DNA of 33,966 nucleotides from a virus (Duplodnaviria; Caudoviricetes): the IMG/VR virus record IMGVR_UViG_3300032225_000821, positions 1-33,966 of that record. One strand, 5' to 3'. A model generated the notes under the pieces. The model ran no database searches. It was not told the DNA's origin and saw only the letters and a list, made by a program, of their open reading frames with translations. Positions 9,386 to 17,555 of this stretch are shown here, piece by piece (the first letter of the stretch is position 1; each line of letters begins with the position of its first letter). The translations under genes and the position numbers were made by a program.

Positions 9386-9713
9386 CGGACTCCCGCACGT
9401 AGGTTGCCATCTGCTCCGGCGTGAGCACGCACCGCCACGCACCGCCTCGGAGGCGGACCATCGTGAAGGCGAACGTGACGCCGGCGTTGAGCCGTTGATC
9501 CTCGGCGCCCAACGGCTTCTCCCTCACGGCTCGGAGGGCATCGGCCCACGAGGCCACCTGGACGACCGTATCGGGCACGCCATCGAGGTCGCCGGTGTCG
9601 TCCTGCCGACCGGCCCCGAGCTTGCGCCGGACTCCGTAGCCGAGGAGGTCGTCGAGCAGCGCCGCCGCCTCTCGCTCCGCCCGGTCGCCCTTCGCCTTCT
9701 GCGAGTTCGTCAC
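9372..9713 (-). CDS. Holliday junction resolvase-like PD-(D/E)xK protein (Hjc type)
   Basis: KAKGDRAEREAA...DDTGDLDGVP motif; the ExK position reads QVA. Confidence 0.7.
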   Translation of the reverse strand: MTNSQKAKGDRAEREAAALLDDLLGYGVRRKLGAGRQDDTGDLDGVPDTVVQVASWADALRAVREKPLGAEDQRLNAGVTFAFTMVRLRGGAWRCVLTPEQMATYVRESGGPR

Positions 9714-9898
9714 TTCGCCCTCGCCGTGTCGTAGGCCTCCAGCCATTGCCGCCACATCTCCGGGAGCGGAGGCCACGGAGGAGTCGTGTCCGCCATCGCC
9801 ACGAGGAAGTCGTCGCCGCTCTGTCGCCACGCTCGCAGCACTCGCCAGCGGTTCCACTCGGCCTTCGCCATGCGATAGGCACAGATCGGGTATTTCAC
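9710..9898 (-). CDS. Hypothetical protein
   Basis: GTGA overlaps; GAAGGGG RBS. Confidence 0.55.
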   Translation of the reverse strand: MKYPICAYRMAKAEWNRWRVLRAWRQSGDDFLVAMADTTPPWPPLPEMWRQWLEAYDTARAK

Positions 9899-10011
9899 TT
9901 GGTCCCCTTCGGTTCGGCGTGAGTGTTCAGGCACTTCCAGAATCCGGTAGGGACGTGACGCCACTCCCGGCCCTTCTTGACGATCTCCTCGCCGCAGTTC
10001 TTACACTTCAT
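9895..10011 (-). CDS. Small Zn-finger protein
   Basis: MKCKNCGEEI...WRH...C. Confidence 0.55.
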   Translation of the reverse strand: MKCKNCGEEIVKKGREWRHVPTGFWKCLNTHAEPKGTK

Positions 10012-10340
10012 CGGTACGGGATTCTCCTCTTGATCCGAGCGACCTCGAGCGCGTCGACGTTGTCCTCCCACGACCACAGGACGTAGCCGGCGGCGTGTGC
10101 AGCCCTCGGGTGCTCAGTCGCCCAGGAATGGCACGAACGGCAGAGCGCCACGAACAGCTCGGGCCTCAGCGCCGCATCCTTCGCCTGCGATCGGCGGATG
10201 ATCTCGTGAACGTCGGAGGCCGGCTGGCCGCACCGCTCACAGTCGGGATGGATGGCGAGGAACTGGATGCGCAGCCACTTCCTCAGCCGGTCGGCCTGCG
10301 CCTTCTTGACCGACCGGCCTCGGAGCGGCGTGCGCTTCAT
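10008..10340 (-). CDS. HNH endonuclease
   Basis: MKRTPL N-terminus; CERC..DVHEIIRRS..ALCRSCH. Confidence 0.8.
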   Translation of the reverse strand: MKRTPLRGRSVKKAQADRLRKWLRIQFLAIHPDCERCGQPASDVHEIIRRSQAKDAALRPELFVALCRSCHSWATEHPRAAHAAGYVLWSWEDNVDALEVARIKRRIPYR

Positions 10341-10513
10341 GCCATCGACCGCCGGCGGGCGAGGCGGAGCCGCTCCCACTTCACCGAGCCGCCGTCGCCG
10401 TGGTCGCCCAAGTGCCCGGGCTCGAGCTGGCACCACAAATCATGCCAAGGGCTCCGAGCGTTGCAGGCTCGGTGCTTGACGCATGGCACGTCGACCTCGC
10501 AGGTACACCTCAT
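10337..10513 (-). CDS. Hypothetical Cys/His-rich protein (58 aa, not in ORF track)
   Basis: MRCTCEVDVPC...CQLEPGHLGDH; ATGA overlaps at both ends. Confidence 0.55.
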   Translation of the reverse strand: MRCTCEVDVPCVKHRACNARSPWHDLWCQLEPGHLGDHGDGGSVKWERLRLARRRSMA

Positions 10514-10677
10514 GCGTCGCCCTTCGCTCGCTCGGCGAGGAGCTCGTCACCACCGAGTACGGCGATCATCGCCCGCACGACCTCGGAGCGACTGACCCCA
10601 GCCTCCTCGGCCTTGCGATTGAGCCACGCCATCTCGTACTCGTCGAGGCGGGTCGTGAGGGGTGCAGTCTTAGCCAT
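10510..10677 (-). CDS. Ribbon-helix-helix (CopG-like) DNA-binding protein (55 aa, not in ORF track)
   Basis: MAKTAPLTTRLDEYEMAWLNRKAEEAGVSRSEVVRAMI: beta strand, helix, GxSRSExxR. Confidence 0.8.
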   Translation of the reverse strand: MAKTAPLTTRLDEYEMAWLNRKAEEAGVSRSEVVRAMIAVLGGDELLAERAKGDA

Positions 10678-11054
10678 TAGAACGGCTCCTCCGAGAACGT
10701 TGGCGCAGCCGCCGGGCGTGGCGTGCTTGTCTCCAGGCCGAACGTGAGGTCCAGCCCGACGTGATCGGCGACGACCTCAAGGCCCTCAACCTTCTCGCCC
10801 TGCTTGTTCGTCCAGTTCGCCGCCTTCAAGTCGCCGGCGACGACGAGGCGGGTGCCCTTGACGATGTGCTCCGAGCAGCCCTCGGCCAACTTGCCGAACA
10901 CGACGAGCCCGGCCCACGTCATCTCGGTCGACCACTCGCCGTCCGTCTTGACTCGGGACTCCAGCCCGATCCTCGTCTTGAACACGGCCTTGCCATCCGC
11001 CGAAAATCGGAGCTCTGGCTCCTTCACAACCTTGGCGATCCCTGCGATCCTCAC
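10677..11054 (-). CDS. ssb: Single-stranded DNA-binding protein
   Basis: PELRF, VVFGKLAE, KGTRLVVAGDL, C-terminal EEPF tip. Confidence 0.9.
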   Translation of the reverse strand: MRIAGIAKVVKEPELRFSADGKAVFKTRIGLESRVKTDGEWSTEMTWAGLVVFGKLAEGCSEHIVKGTRLVVAGDLKAANWTNKQGEKVEGLEVVADHVGLDLTFGLETSTPRPAAAPTFSEEPF

Positions 11055-11377
11055 TTACTCATCTCCTTCGCCCGCATCATGGCGAGCAGCTCACGGCCTG
11101 CGTCGGTGATGACGCACGCCTGGACAGTCTCGTCATGTGACGAGGTGGCGGTCCCGACGACCTCGGTGAGGCCCCAGGTCCTCAACTCCGAGCATCGGGC
11201 CCAATACATGCAGCCCGGACGGTAGAGGCCGGTCATCTTGGCGACCTCCTCGTCCGTCATGCCCTTCTTGCGCCGGCTGGCGGCGTACGTCTGGAGCAGC
11301 CGGTGCCGCTGGCTCCCCCATCGGAGGAGGTTCCGAGCCTTCTCATGGGCAAGCGCCGAGGTGTAGGTCGTCGTCAT
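11051..11377 (-). CDS. Winged-helix DNA-binding protein
   Basis: GMTDEEVA...WARCSELRTWGL...ITDAG. Confidence 0.7.
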   Translation of the reverse strand: MTTTYTSALAHEKARNLLRWGSQRHRLLQTYAASRRKKGMTDEEVAKMTGLYRPGCMYWARCSELRTWGLTEVVGTATSSHDETVQACVITDAGRELLAMMRAKEMSK

Positions 11378-11679
11378 GCGGCCCCCATCTCAGCCTCGGC
11401 CCGACCCTCAGCTCGAGCGATCCGGTCGGCCCGGTTCGTTGCCTGCGAGATCAGGAACGCCGTCGACCCCGCCATCGTCAGCGCCGAGGCGACATCGCCC
11501 TCGAAGCGGTCCCGGGCGATCTCCTCGTGCTTTGAGGCATAGCCCGTCCGGTGCGTCACGAGGTCGCTGAACATGACGGTGACCGTACTGACGTAGTAGT
11601 CACCGTCAAACGTGAGGTTGCCGGTGACGAGCCCGTCGCCGACCTCCTCCTCGACTGCCAGGATCAGTTCCTTAGCCAT
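11374..11679 (-). CDS. Hypothetical protein
   Basis: GGAAGGGG RBS; coupled to its neighbours. Confidence 0.65.
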   Translation of the reverse strand: MAKELILAVEEEVGDGLVTGNLTFDGDYYVSTVTVMFSDLVTHRTGYASKHEEIARDRFEGDVASALTMAGSTAFLISQATNRADRIARAEGRAEAEMGAA

Positions 11680-11818
11680 TGTTCTCCCCTTCCTTCTCGG
11701 CCTTCGCCGACTCCGACTGGCGACGTGCCAGCTTCTCCCGATACCTAGCCCTCTCGGCCAGGTAGCGATCCCTTCCTGCCTTCATTGCGTACTTCGATCC
11801 CGGTGTGCGCTTGCTCAT
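11672..11818 (-). CDS. Small basic hypothetical protein
   Basis: MSKRTPGSKYAMKAGR...; ATGA overlap. Confidence 0.5.
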   Translation of the reverse strand: MSKRTPGSKYAMKAGRDRYLAERARYREKLARRQSESAKAEKEGENNG

Positions 11819-12105
11819 CGCATACCCTTCCACTCTGGAGCCGGCTTCCAGCTCGACCTCGACGATCCCCTCGGGTAGCGCCACTCGTAGACCTTCGTCA
11901 TCCACTTTTTGTAGACGGACTCGCCGAGATTGAGGCAGACCCCGCCGAAGTGTGCGCCCTGCTGGAATCCCCTCCGGTACGACCGCTCGGCCAGCTCGTA
12001 GGCCTGCCGCTCCGTGACCATCACGTCGGGCGAACCAACGCTCTGCTCCTCGCAGAACGGACCGTCGAGCATCATGCCGGGCTCCTCCAGGTCCTCGCCG
12101 CTCAT
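11815..12105 (-). CDS. Hypothetical protein
   Basis: ATGA overlaps; ERSYRRGFQQG. Confidence 0.6.
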   Translation of the reverse strand: MSGEDLEEPGMMLDGPFCEEQSVGSPDVMVTERQAYELAERSYRRGFQQGAHFGGVCLNLGESVYKKWMTKVYEWRYPRGSSRSSWKPAPEWKGMR

Positions 12106-12644
12106 GCTGCGGCCTGGAGCGTTGCGATGATCTCGTCAACCTCGCTCGAGCGGATGTCACCGTAGCCTCGGACCTCCCGGCCCGTAGCGGCAGCGATGGC
12201 GTCCCGCAGGTCGTCACCTCGCAGCCCGACCTCGCCGGCGATCGCCTTGATGAGCTCCACCTGCTCCTCGGTGGCCTTGCCCGGGTCGACCTCGACTCGG
12301 ACCTCACGACCGGCGACGGCCTTGCTCATCTCCTCACGGCTCGGACGAGGTGCGCCCTTCGCCTGAAACGTCCAGTTAGCGAGGGCCCGACCGATGGCGC
12401 TCGTCTCGCAGTTCTCGAGGGCGCTCGTCTTGTTGACCGGACTGGAGCCGATCGTCTCCTCTGCGTAGCCGGTGGCAACCGGAGCCACGTCGTCGGCGCT
12501 CCGATAGACCTCGGCCTTCACGATGTACCGACCGCCCTCGGCGGCGACGAGCTCGGTGGCGATGCGCCCGTCAGGGTTCGCCTCCCAATACCTCACGAGC
12601 CGAGACTCGACAGTCTCGTAGTCGGCCAAGTTGAACCTTGCCAT
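12102..12644 (-). CDS. Single-strand annealing recombinase (Rad52/Sak-like)
   Basis: YETVESRL...ATGYAEE...NKTSALENCETSAIGRAL; RBS GGAAGGGG before the ATG at 12644. Confidence 0.7.
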   Translation of the reverse strand: MARFNLADYETVESRLVRYWEANPDGRIATELVAAEGGRYIVKAEVYRSADDVAPVATGYAEETIGSSPVNKTSALENCETSAIGRALANWTFQAKGAPRPSREEMSKAVAGREVRVEVDPGKATEEQVELIKAIAGEVGLRGDDLRDAIAAATGREVRGYGDIRSSEVDEIIATLQAAA

Positions 12645-12646
12645 GA

Positions 12647-12835
12647 TTAGATCCCCTTCCTGTAGTTGCGGATTGCCACGATAGCGGACCCGAAGAATCC
12701 GAACGTGAGAGTGATGAGCACGACGAGGCCGTAGGCGCTCATCGGCGTGTTGTCGGGTTGCCACGGCATGACCGTCACCACGGCGATGACGTAGCCGACG
12801 GCGATCCATCGGATGAGGGCGGTGCTGATCTTCAT
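12647..12835 (-). CDS. Small two-TM membrane protein
   Basis: Two hydrophobic helices. Confidence 0.65.
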   Translation of the reverse strand: MKISTALIRWIAVGYVIAVVTVMPWQPDNTPMSAYGLVVLITLTFGFFGSAIVAIRNYRKGI

Positions 12836-13116
12836 GCCGCCACCTCCTCACGGCTGGCGATGCTCGCCATCGTGACGCCGTTGCGGAGCGCCTGGTCGTA
12901 GGTCAACGTCGTCTCGTCGTCCATGACCCACGCCTCCATGTGAGCGTCCACGTCGTAGCGGCCCTCGATGATCTCTCGGATCATGGTGCGGACCGTCCAC
13001 TCGGGCGCCCCACGCTCAACGGTGGCGAGTGCGTCCAGCATCCCGAACAGCTCGCCGGTCGTGTTGGCCTCGAGCATTTGGATCATCTGCTCACGGATTG
13101 CGGTTGCGTTGCTCAT
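12832..13116 (-). CDS. Hypothetical protein, first gene after the promoter at 13140-13183
   Basis: AAGGAGG RBS; promoter immediately upstream. Confidence 0.7.
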   Translation of the reverse strand: MSNATAIREQMIQMLEANTTGELFGMLDALATVERGAPEWTVRTMIREIIEGRYDVDAHMEAWVMDDETTLTYDQALRNGVTMASIASREEVAA

Positions 13117-13139
13117 TGCGTGCCTCCTTAGGGCGGTTC

Positions 13140-13183
13140 CTGACTCCACTAGGAACTGTAATACATGACGCCGGCGACCGCAA
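13140..13183 (-). promoter_or_regulatory. Sigma70-type promoter with GGAGTCAG leader
   Basis: TTGCGG-17 bp-TACAGT; near-identical to 9141-9175. Confidence 0.75.
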
Positions 13184-13191
13184 GACCATTT

Positions 13192-13362
13192 CTAGTGATC
13201 GTCGATCCGGCCCTCGGTCGCCTGTTCCAACTGACGCTCCAGCTCCTCGAGCCGGGCGAGCAGAGTCCGCAGAGCGACGAGCGCATCCGAGGAGTAGTCA
13301 CCTCGCTCCACTCGTGCTCGGATCGTCTCCGTCCTCGGCGGGTGCATGTCGTAGTACGTCAC
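13192..13362 (-). CDS. Hypothetical coiled-coil protein
   Basis: GTGA overlap with whiB; GAGGAG RBS. Confidence 0.55.
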   Translation of the reverse strand: MTYYDMHPPRTETIRARVERGDYSSDALVALRTLLARLEELERQLEQATEGRIDDH

Positions 13363-13622
13363 AGCTCTCCTCTCATCATCTTCCCCTTCAGCCCGTTCCG
13401 CTCCCTCGGCGTCCGGCCTCCCCAATAGCCCTGGCGTACTCCGTTCATCACGGCGTACCGGAGGCAGTCGGCGGCGACCTCGCACCGGGCGCACGCCATC
13501 CGAGCCTCAGGCGTCACCGGCTGGCCCTTCTCATTGTGAAAGAGCTCAGGGTCCATTCCTCGGCACGCCGCCTCTAGCCGCCACGGATCTCGGACGGCGT
13601 CGAGGAACGCCTCGAGGCTCAT
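13359..13622 (-). CDS. whiB: WhiB family transcription factor
   Basis: W..AAC..DPELF..C..C.V...C..YA...GYWGG.T..ER; four Cys. Confidence 0.95.
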   Translation of the reverse strand: MSLEAFLDAVRDPWRLEAACRGMDPELFHNEKGQPVTPEARMACARCEVAADCLRYAVMNGVRQGYWGGRTPRERNGLKGKMMRGEL

Positions 13623-13918
13623 GCGTTGGCCTGCTCCACGATGCTCCGAGCCTCGGCGATTGCCGCCACCCTCGCATCCATCACCTCGGCGTACTGCTCG
13701 TTGGCGAAATCGAACGCCTCCGAGATCATCCCGAGCAGGTTGGCCCTCGCATCCTCCGCCGAGCAGTTGAACGCCTCAACGTTGCGGTGCGTGATCCGGC
13801 CCGAGGTCGTCAGCACCATCACGACGGCGATCCAGTCGGCAGTCACTCCAGGAGCGACGGTTCCGATGATCTTGCCGATCGGGTGCTCGTGCTCCTCACG
13901 GTGTGCGGTGTCCTTCAT
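13619..13918 (-). CDS. Hypothetical protein
   Basis: Coupled ORF within the operon. Confidence 0.6.
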   Translation of the reverse strand: MKDTAHREEHEHPIGKIIGTVAPGVTADWIAVVMVLTTSGRITHRNVEAFNCSAEDARANLLGMISEAFDFANEQYAEVMDARVAAIAEARSIVEQANA

Positions 13919-13989
13919 CAGTCATTCCTCGTCAGGTAGATGCCGGCGGCGGCGAACGCCCCGAGCATGGCGAACAGTAGAAACGTCAC
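13918..13989 (-). CDS. 23-aa single-TM peptide (not in ORF track)
   Basis: MTFLLFAMLGAFAAAGIYLTRND; GGAGGT RBS; overlaps both neighbours exactly. Confidence 0.55.
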   Translation of the reverse strand: MTFLLFAMLGAFAAAGIYLTRND

Positions 13990-14225
13990 GACCGCACCTC
14001 CGTCGTGCAGCCGTCGCAGTCGAGCGCCTTGCCGGTGCCCTCGATGACCATCCGCTGGTCGTGCTCGGTGATCTCCATCCACATCTCGTCGCCCACGTCA
14101 TACCCCGGGAGCGGCGGTCCGTGTTTGATCGCCATAAGCAGCTCGTCGCTGGCGTGACGCTCGCACGTAATCACGTCGTGTAGGTCGCACGCCCACAAGC
14201 GCCTTGTCTTGATCTGTTCGGCCAT
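13986..14225 (-). CDS. Hypothetical protein, first gene of the leftward arm
   Basis: GAGGAGG RBS; Cys pairs. Confidence 0.6.
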   Translation of the reverse strand: MAEQIKTRRLWACDLHDVITCERHASDELLMAIKHGPPLPGYDVGDEMWMEITEHDQRMVIEGTGKALDCDGCTTEVRS

Positions 14226-14302
14226 CTGGCCCTCCTCTCTTGTGACTCCTGCGTATCACGGTACACCACAAACGATCCACAGGCTAGGGATAAGGTGTGG
14301 AG
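14226..14302. promoter_or_regulatory. Divergent promoter region
   Basis: Leftward -10 TACCGT followed by GGAGTCAC leader; rightward -10 TAAGGT (14291-14296) 6 nt before ATG 14303 (leaderless geometry). Confidence 0.55.
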
Positions 14303-14482
14303 ATGCCCGACGTGTGCAACGAACAGCACGCCCTCGTCGGAGACTTTGCCTTCCACCTTGAGCGCGTCATCCTCACGATGAGCGACGGGACCGAGGAGGA
14401 GGGAGCGGTGCTGGAGCTCTGCCCGACCGCCACCAGCATCCTTGTCGACCACGCCAAGCAGTTCGGGGATCGGCTAGAGTAA
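14303..14482 (+). CDS. Hypothetical acidic protein
   Basis: ORF at the head of the rightward arm. Confidence 0.5.
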   Translation: MPDVCNEQHALVGDFAFHLERVILTMSDGTEEEGAVLELCPTATSILVDHAKQFGDRLE

Positions 14483-14497
14483 CGCCGACAACAAAGC

Positions 14498-14533
14498 GAC
14501 GACCCCCGGCCACCACCAGGGCCGAGGGTCGTC
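14498..14533. terminator. GC-rich hairpin, possible terminator
   Basis: GACGACCC-CGGCC / GGCCG-GGGTCGTC stem; T-rich tail on the minus strand only. Confidence 0.45.
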
Positions 14534-14556
14534 TAGAGCCTGGAATGGAGGCCCTT

Positions 14557-14889
14557 ATGGCAAGAGACTACCCGACGACCTCGGCAGCAAGTCTGTACGA
14601 GGCCGGCGACGACACGATCGTCTACCCGACACACATCGACAACCTGACGAGCCGAACGCTCGTGTGGGAGAGTCGTGCGATCTTCCACCGAGCGGTCAAC
14701 GATCCCGAGCCGGACGAGTTCGGATGCGACTGCGGCTCGGGCTGGCAGCAGTTCTCCGTCTGCGGTCAGATGACGTGGGGATGCGACCACGGCGGCGGCT
14801 TGCAGTTCAGCCGAATCCGCCTCGGTGATCTAGACCTCGGTCGGCATCGACCATGCCTCAAGTGCTGGCCGGGGTTGAGGTTGCCATGA
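14557..14889 (+). CDS. Hypothetical Cys-rich protein
   Basis: GGAGG RBS; RPCLKC. Confidence 0.55.
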   Translation: MARDYPTTSAASLYEAGDDTIVYPTHIDNLTSRTLVWESRAIFHRAVNDPEPDEFGCDCGSGWQQFSVCGQMTWGCDHGGGLQFSRIRLGDLDLGRHRPCLKCWPGLRLP

Positions 14890-15641
14890 TCATCCGCACC
14901 CCAGGACGCGACCGCTACGTCATCATCAGCAAGGTCCCCCTCGAGGATGAGCGCCTGAGCTGGAAGGCTCGAGGCCTCCTCGCCTACCTTCTCAGCAAGC
15001 CCGACAACTGGAGCGTGATTGTCGCGCACCTCGTGAAGCAGGCGCCGGACGGTCGCTCGGCGGTCATGGCCGGCTTGCAGGAGTTGGAGACGGCGGGCTA
15101 CCTCGTCCGCAAACGGACCCGAGACGACGAGGGCCGATACGACGGCACCGACTCCGAGATCCATGAGGAGCCGAGTGATACATCCACAGTTCGGTTTTCC
15201 GACTGCGGGTTTTCCGACTGCGGGAAATCGGACACTAATGAAGAAAGACCATTAGTGAAGAAAGAGAAAGACTCTCTTGGCTCGAAAAATCGAGCGAGGG
15301 ATCAACTGTTCGACGCCCTCGTCCTCGTCTGCCAAATCGACCCCAAGGCACTCACGTCCTCGGCTCGTGGTGCAGCCAACCGAGCGATCAAGGAGCTCCG
15401 AGAGGTCGGAGCCGAGCCCGAGCAGATCGTCCAGGCGGCTCGGGCCTACCGGACCCGATACCCCGGAGCAGCGGTCACGCCCTCGGCGCTGGCAAAGCAT
15501 TGGCCGAGCCTCCTCGAGGGATCGCCGGCGACCGCTCCAGCTCAGCCCGAGGGCCCGACTTGCTCGGAGTGTCGAGGGACCGGCTACGTCACCGAGGACA
15601 ACGATGAGCGGATCGTCGCCCCCTGCTCGGCGTGTAGTTGA
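14886..15641 (+). CDS. Replication initiator (lambda O-like, N-terminal HTH)
   Basis: DERLSWKARGLLAYLLSKPDNW...LQELETAGYL; internal iterons; C-terminal CxxCxGxG. Confidence 0.8.
   Translation: MIIRTPGRDRYVIISKVPLEDERLSWKARGLLAYLLSKPDNWSVIVAHLVKQAPDGRSAVMAGLQELETAGYLVRKRTRDDEGRYDGTDSEIHEEPSDTSTVRFSDCGFSDCGKSDTNEERPLVKKEKDSLGSKNRARDQLFDALVLVCQIDPKALTSSARGAANRAIKELREVGAEPEQIVQAARAYRTRYPGAAVTPSALAKHWPSLLEGSPATAPAQPEGPTCSECRGTGYVTEDNDERIVAPCSACS
15193..15296. repeat. Probable replication origin: iterons plus A-rich tract
   Basis: Two exact tandem copies of GGTTTTCCGACTGCG (15193-15222), a degenerate third copy, then an A-rich stretch. Confidence 0.7.
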
Positions 15642-15702
15642 CGCCCCTCATCGCTTGCCCTAGTATCACAACCGGAGTCAGTACCAACGCCCCAAGGAGG
15701 CA
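15638..15702 (+). promoter_or_regulatory. Sigma70-type promoter with GGAGTCAG leader and RBS
   Basis: TTGACG-17 bp-TAGTAT; GGAGTCAG 15674-15681; AAGGAGG. Confidence 0.7.
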
Positions 15703-15706
15703 CACC

Positions 15707-16666
15707 ATGTACCAGGCACTCGCCTACCCCAACGCCATCGGAGACGAGGCGACACTCACCAAGGCCGCATGGCTAGACGTGAGGCACACCGGCATCGGAG
15801 GCTCCGACGCCGCCAGCATCCTCGGCGTCTCGCCGTGGAAGTCCCGCTACGCACTCTGGAGCGAGAAGTCCGCAGCGACCCCGCCGCCGCCGCTCACCGA
15901 GAACGACGCCATGAGGTTCGGGACCATGATGGAGCCCCACCTCCGGCGACTGTTCGCCGACGTGACCGGCCTCCAGGTCCTCGAGGACACGACGATCTAC
16001 CAGCACCCCGAGCACTCGTGGATGCTCGCCAACCTTGACGGCGTGGTCCTGGACGACTTCACCGGCGAGCCCGCCGCCGTCCTCGAGATCAAGACGGCCA
16101 GCCGCCCGCAGGGCTGGGCCAACGGCGTCCCGGCCTACTACCGGGCGCAGGTCGTCCACTACCTCGCCGTCACCAACCTCCCCAAGGCCTACGTCGGCGT
16201 CCTGCTCGCCGGCTCAGAGTTCAAGGTCTACGAGATCGACCGAGACGAGGCCGAGGTCGACGCCCTCATCGCAGCGGAGGCGGAGTTCTGGCGCAGCCTC
16301 GGCAAGGACGAGCCCGAGCTCGACGGCCACGACTCAACCCGACAGGCCCTCGCCGACGCCTTCACGCCCGACGGCTCCGAGATCGACCTGGACCCGAGCC
16401 TCTCGGATCTGTTCGAGAAGCGGGCCGGCCTCAAGCGAGACGCCGACGCCGTCGCCGAGGAGATCAAGGCGACAGAGGCAGCGATCATGCGGGCCCTCGG
16501 TGACGCCGAGATCGGACTCCTCGCCGGCAAGAAGATCGTGACGTGGAAGCCGCAGAGCCGGACGACGATCGACTCCAAGGCCCTCAAGGCCGAGATGCCC
16601 GAGGTCGCCGAGCGATTCAGCAAGACGAGCTCCAGCCGTGTCCTCCGCATCACTTGGGAGGCGTGA
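15707..16666 (+). CDS. YqaJ-like viral recombination exonuclease
   Basis: WL..R..GIGGSDAASILGVSPW, LANLDG, LEIKT, YYRAQV.HY. Confidence 0.92.
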   Translation: MYQALAYPNAIGDEATLTKAAWLDVRHTGIGGSDAASILGVSPWKSRYALWSEKSAATPPPPLTENDAMRFGTMMEPHLRRLFADVTGLQVLEDTTIYQHPEHSWMLANLDGVVLDDFTGEPAAVLEIKTASRPQGWANGVPAYYRAQVVHYLAVTNLPKAYVGVLLAGSEFKVYEIDRDEAEVDALIAAEAEFWRSLGKDEPELDGHDSTRQALADAFTPDGSEIDLDPSLSDLFEKRAGLKRDADAVAEEIKATEAAIMRALGDAEIGLLAGKKIVTWKPQSRTTIDSKALKAEMPEVAERFSKTSSSRVLRITWEA

Positions 16667-17103
16667 TGGAGCGCACCTGCCAGACCTGCGGCGTCACGTT
16701 CGAGCAGGCGACCGCCCAGGCGCCGCCGGCCAAATACTGCGAGGACCACGCCCCCAAGGCCCGCAAGCGCAAGCCGCCGGCGCCAGTCGTCCCGGCCAAG
16801 ACCTTCACCATCGAGGTCCGTTGCACCGTCTGCCGAGGCAACATGGAGCAGATCAACACCCGCCAGATGCCCGGCCACATCGTCTCCGTCCTCGAGTGCC
16901 AGGACTGCGGCGACCCCCTCGTGGTCAGGTTCACGGCGGTCCGCACCAGCCCCAAGACCGAGCCCCCTCGGGAGCATGGCACCGAGAACGGCGCCAAGGC
17001 TCACCGCAAGCGAGGCGAGAAGGCCTGCCGTGAGTGCCAGCGAGCCGAGTCGCTCGCCCTCGCCATCCGAGAGGAGCGCAAGCAGAAGAAGGCGAACGCA
17101 TGA
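16666..17103 (+). CDS. Multi zinc-finger protein A
   Basis: CQTC..YC, CTVC..CQDC, HGT..H...CREC. Confidence 0.7.
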   Translation: MERTCQTCGVTFEQATAQAPPAKYCEDHAPKARKRKPPAPVVPAKTFTIEVRCTVCRGNMEQINTRQMPGHIVSVLECQDCGDPLVVRFTAVRTSPKTEPPREHGTENGAKAHRKRGEKACRECQRAESLALAIREERKQKKANA

Positions 17104-17555
17104 GCCGCAAGAACGCCGCAGTCTGCGGCACCAACGGCGGCTACCAGCGGCACCGGCGTCAAGGCGAGGAGCCATGCGAGCCATGCCGGCAAGCCAAGAA
17201 GGACTACAACCGGGCCTATTGGGCCAAGCGTCAGCCGACCGAGCCGGAGACGTTCACCATCCAGATCCGGTGCCCATACTGCGGAGGCCCGACCACCGAG
17301 ATCAACCGGCGCTCCTACCGTGGCGAGCTCATCGCCCGCATCAAGTGCGCCGGCATCAAGACTTGCCGCTACGAGCTGGCCGTCCGAGCCATCGTCGTCC
17401 CGGTTGCCATGACCGACGACCTCGAGCCGTCAAGGTGCGGCACCGAGGCCGGCGCTCAGCGACACTTTCGCAACCAGGAGCCGCTCTGCGATTCCTGCGC
17501 CACCGCCCACAGCCAGCAAGTCAACGACCACGACAACAAAAGGATTAGCGCATGA
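17100..17555 (+). CDS. Multi zinc-finger protein B
   Basis: Two CGT...RH...CxxC modules flanking a CPYC ribbon. Confidence 0.7.
   Translation: MSRKNAAVCGTNGGYQRHRRQGEEPCEPCRQAKKDYNRAYWAKRQPTEPETFTIQIRCPYCGGPTTEINRRSYRGELIARIKCAGIKTCRYELAVRAIVVPVAMTDDLEPSRCGTEAGAQRHFRNQEPLCDSCATAHSQQVNDHDNKRISA

Noticed and set aside
15193-15236. Tandem repeat as a CRISPR array or VNTR
   Set aside because: No spacers; its position inside the initiator gene next to an A-rich tract fits iterons
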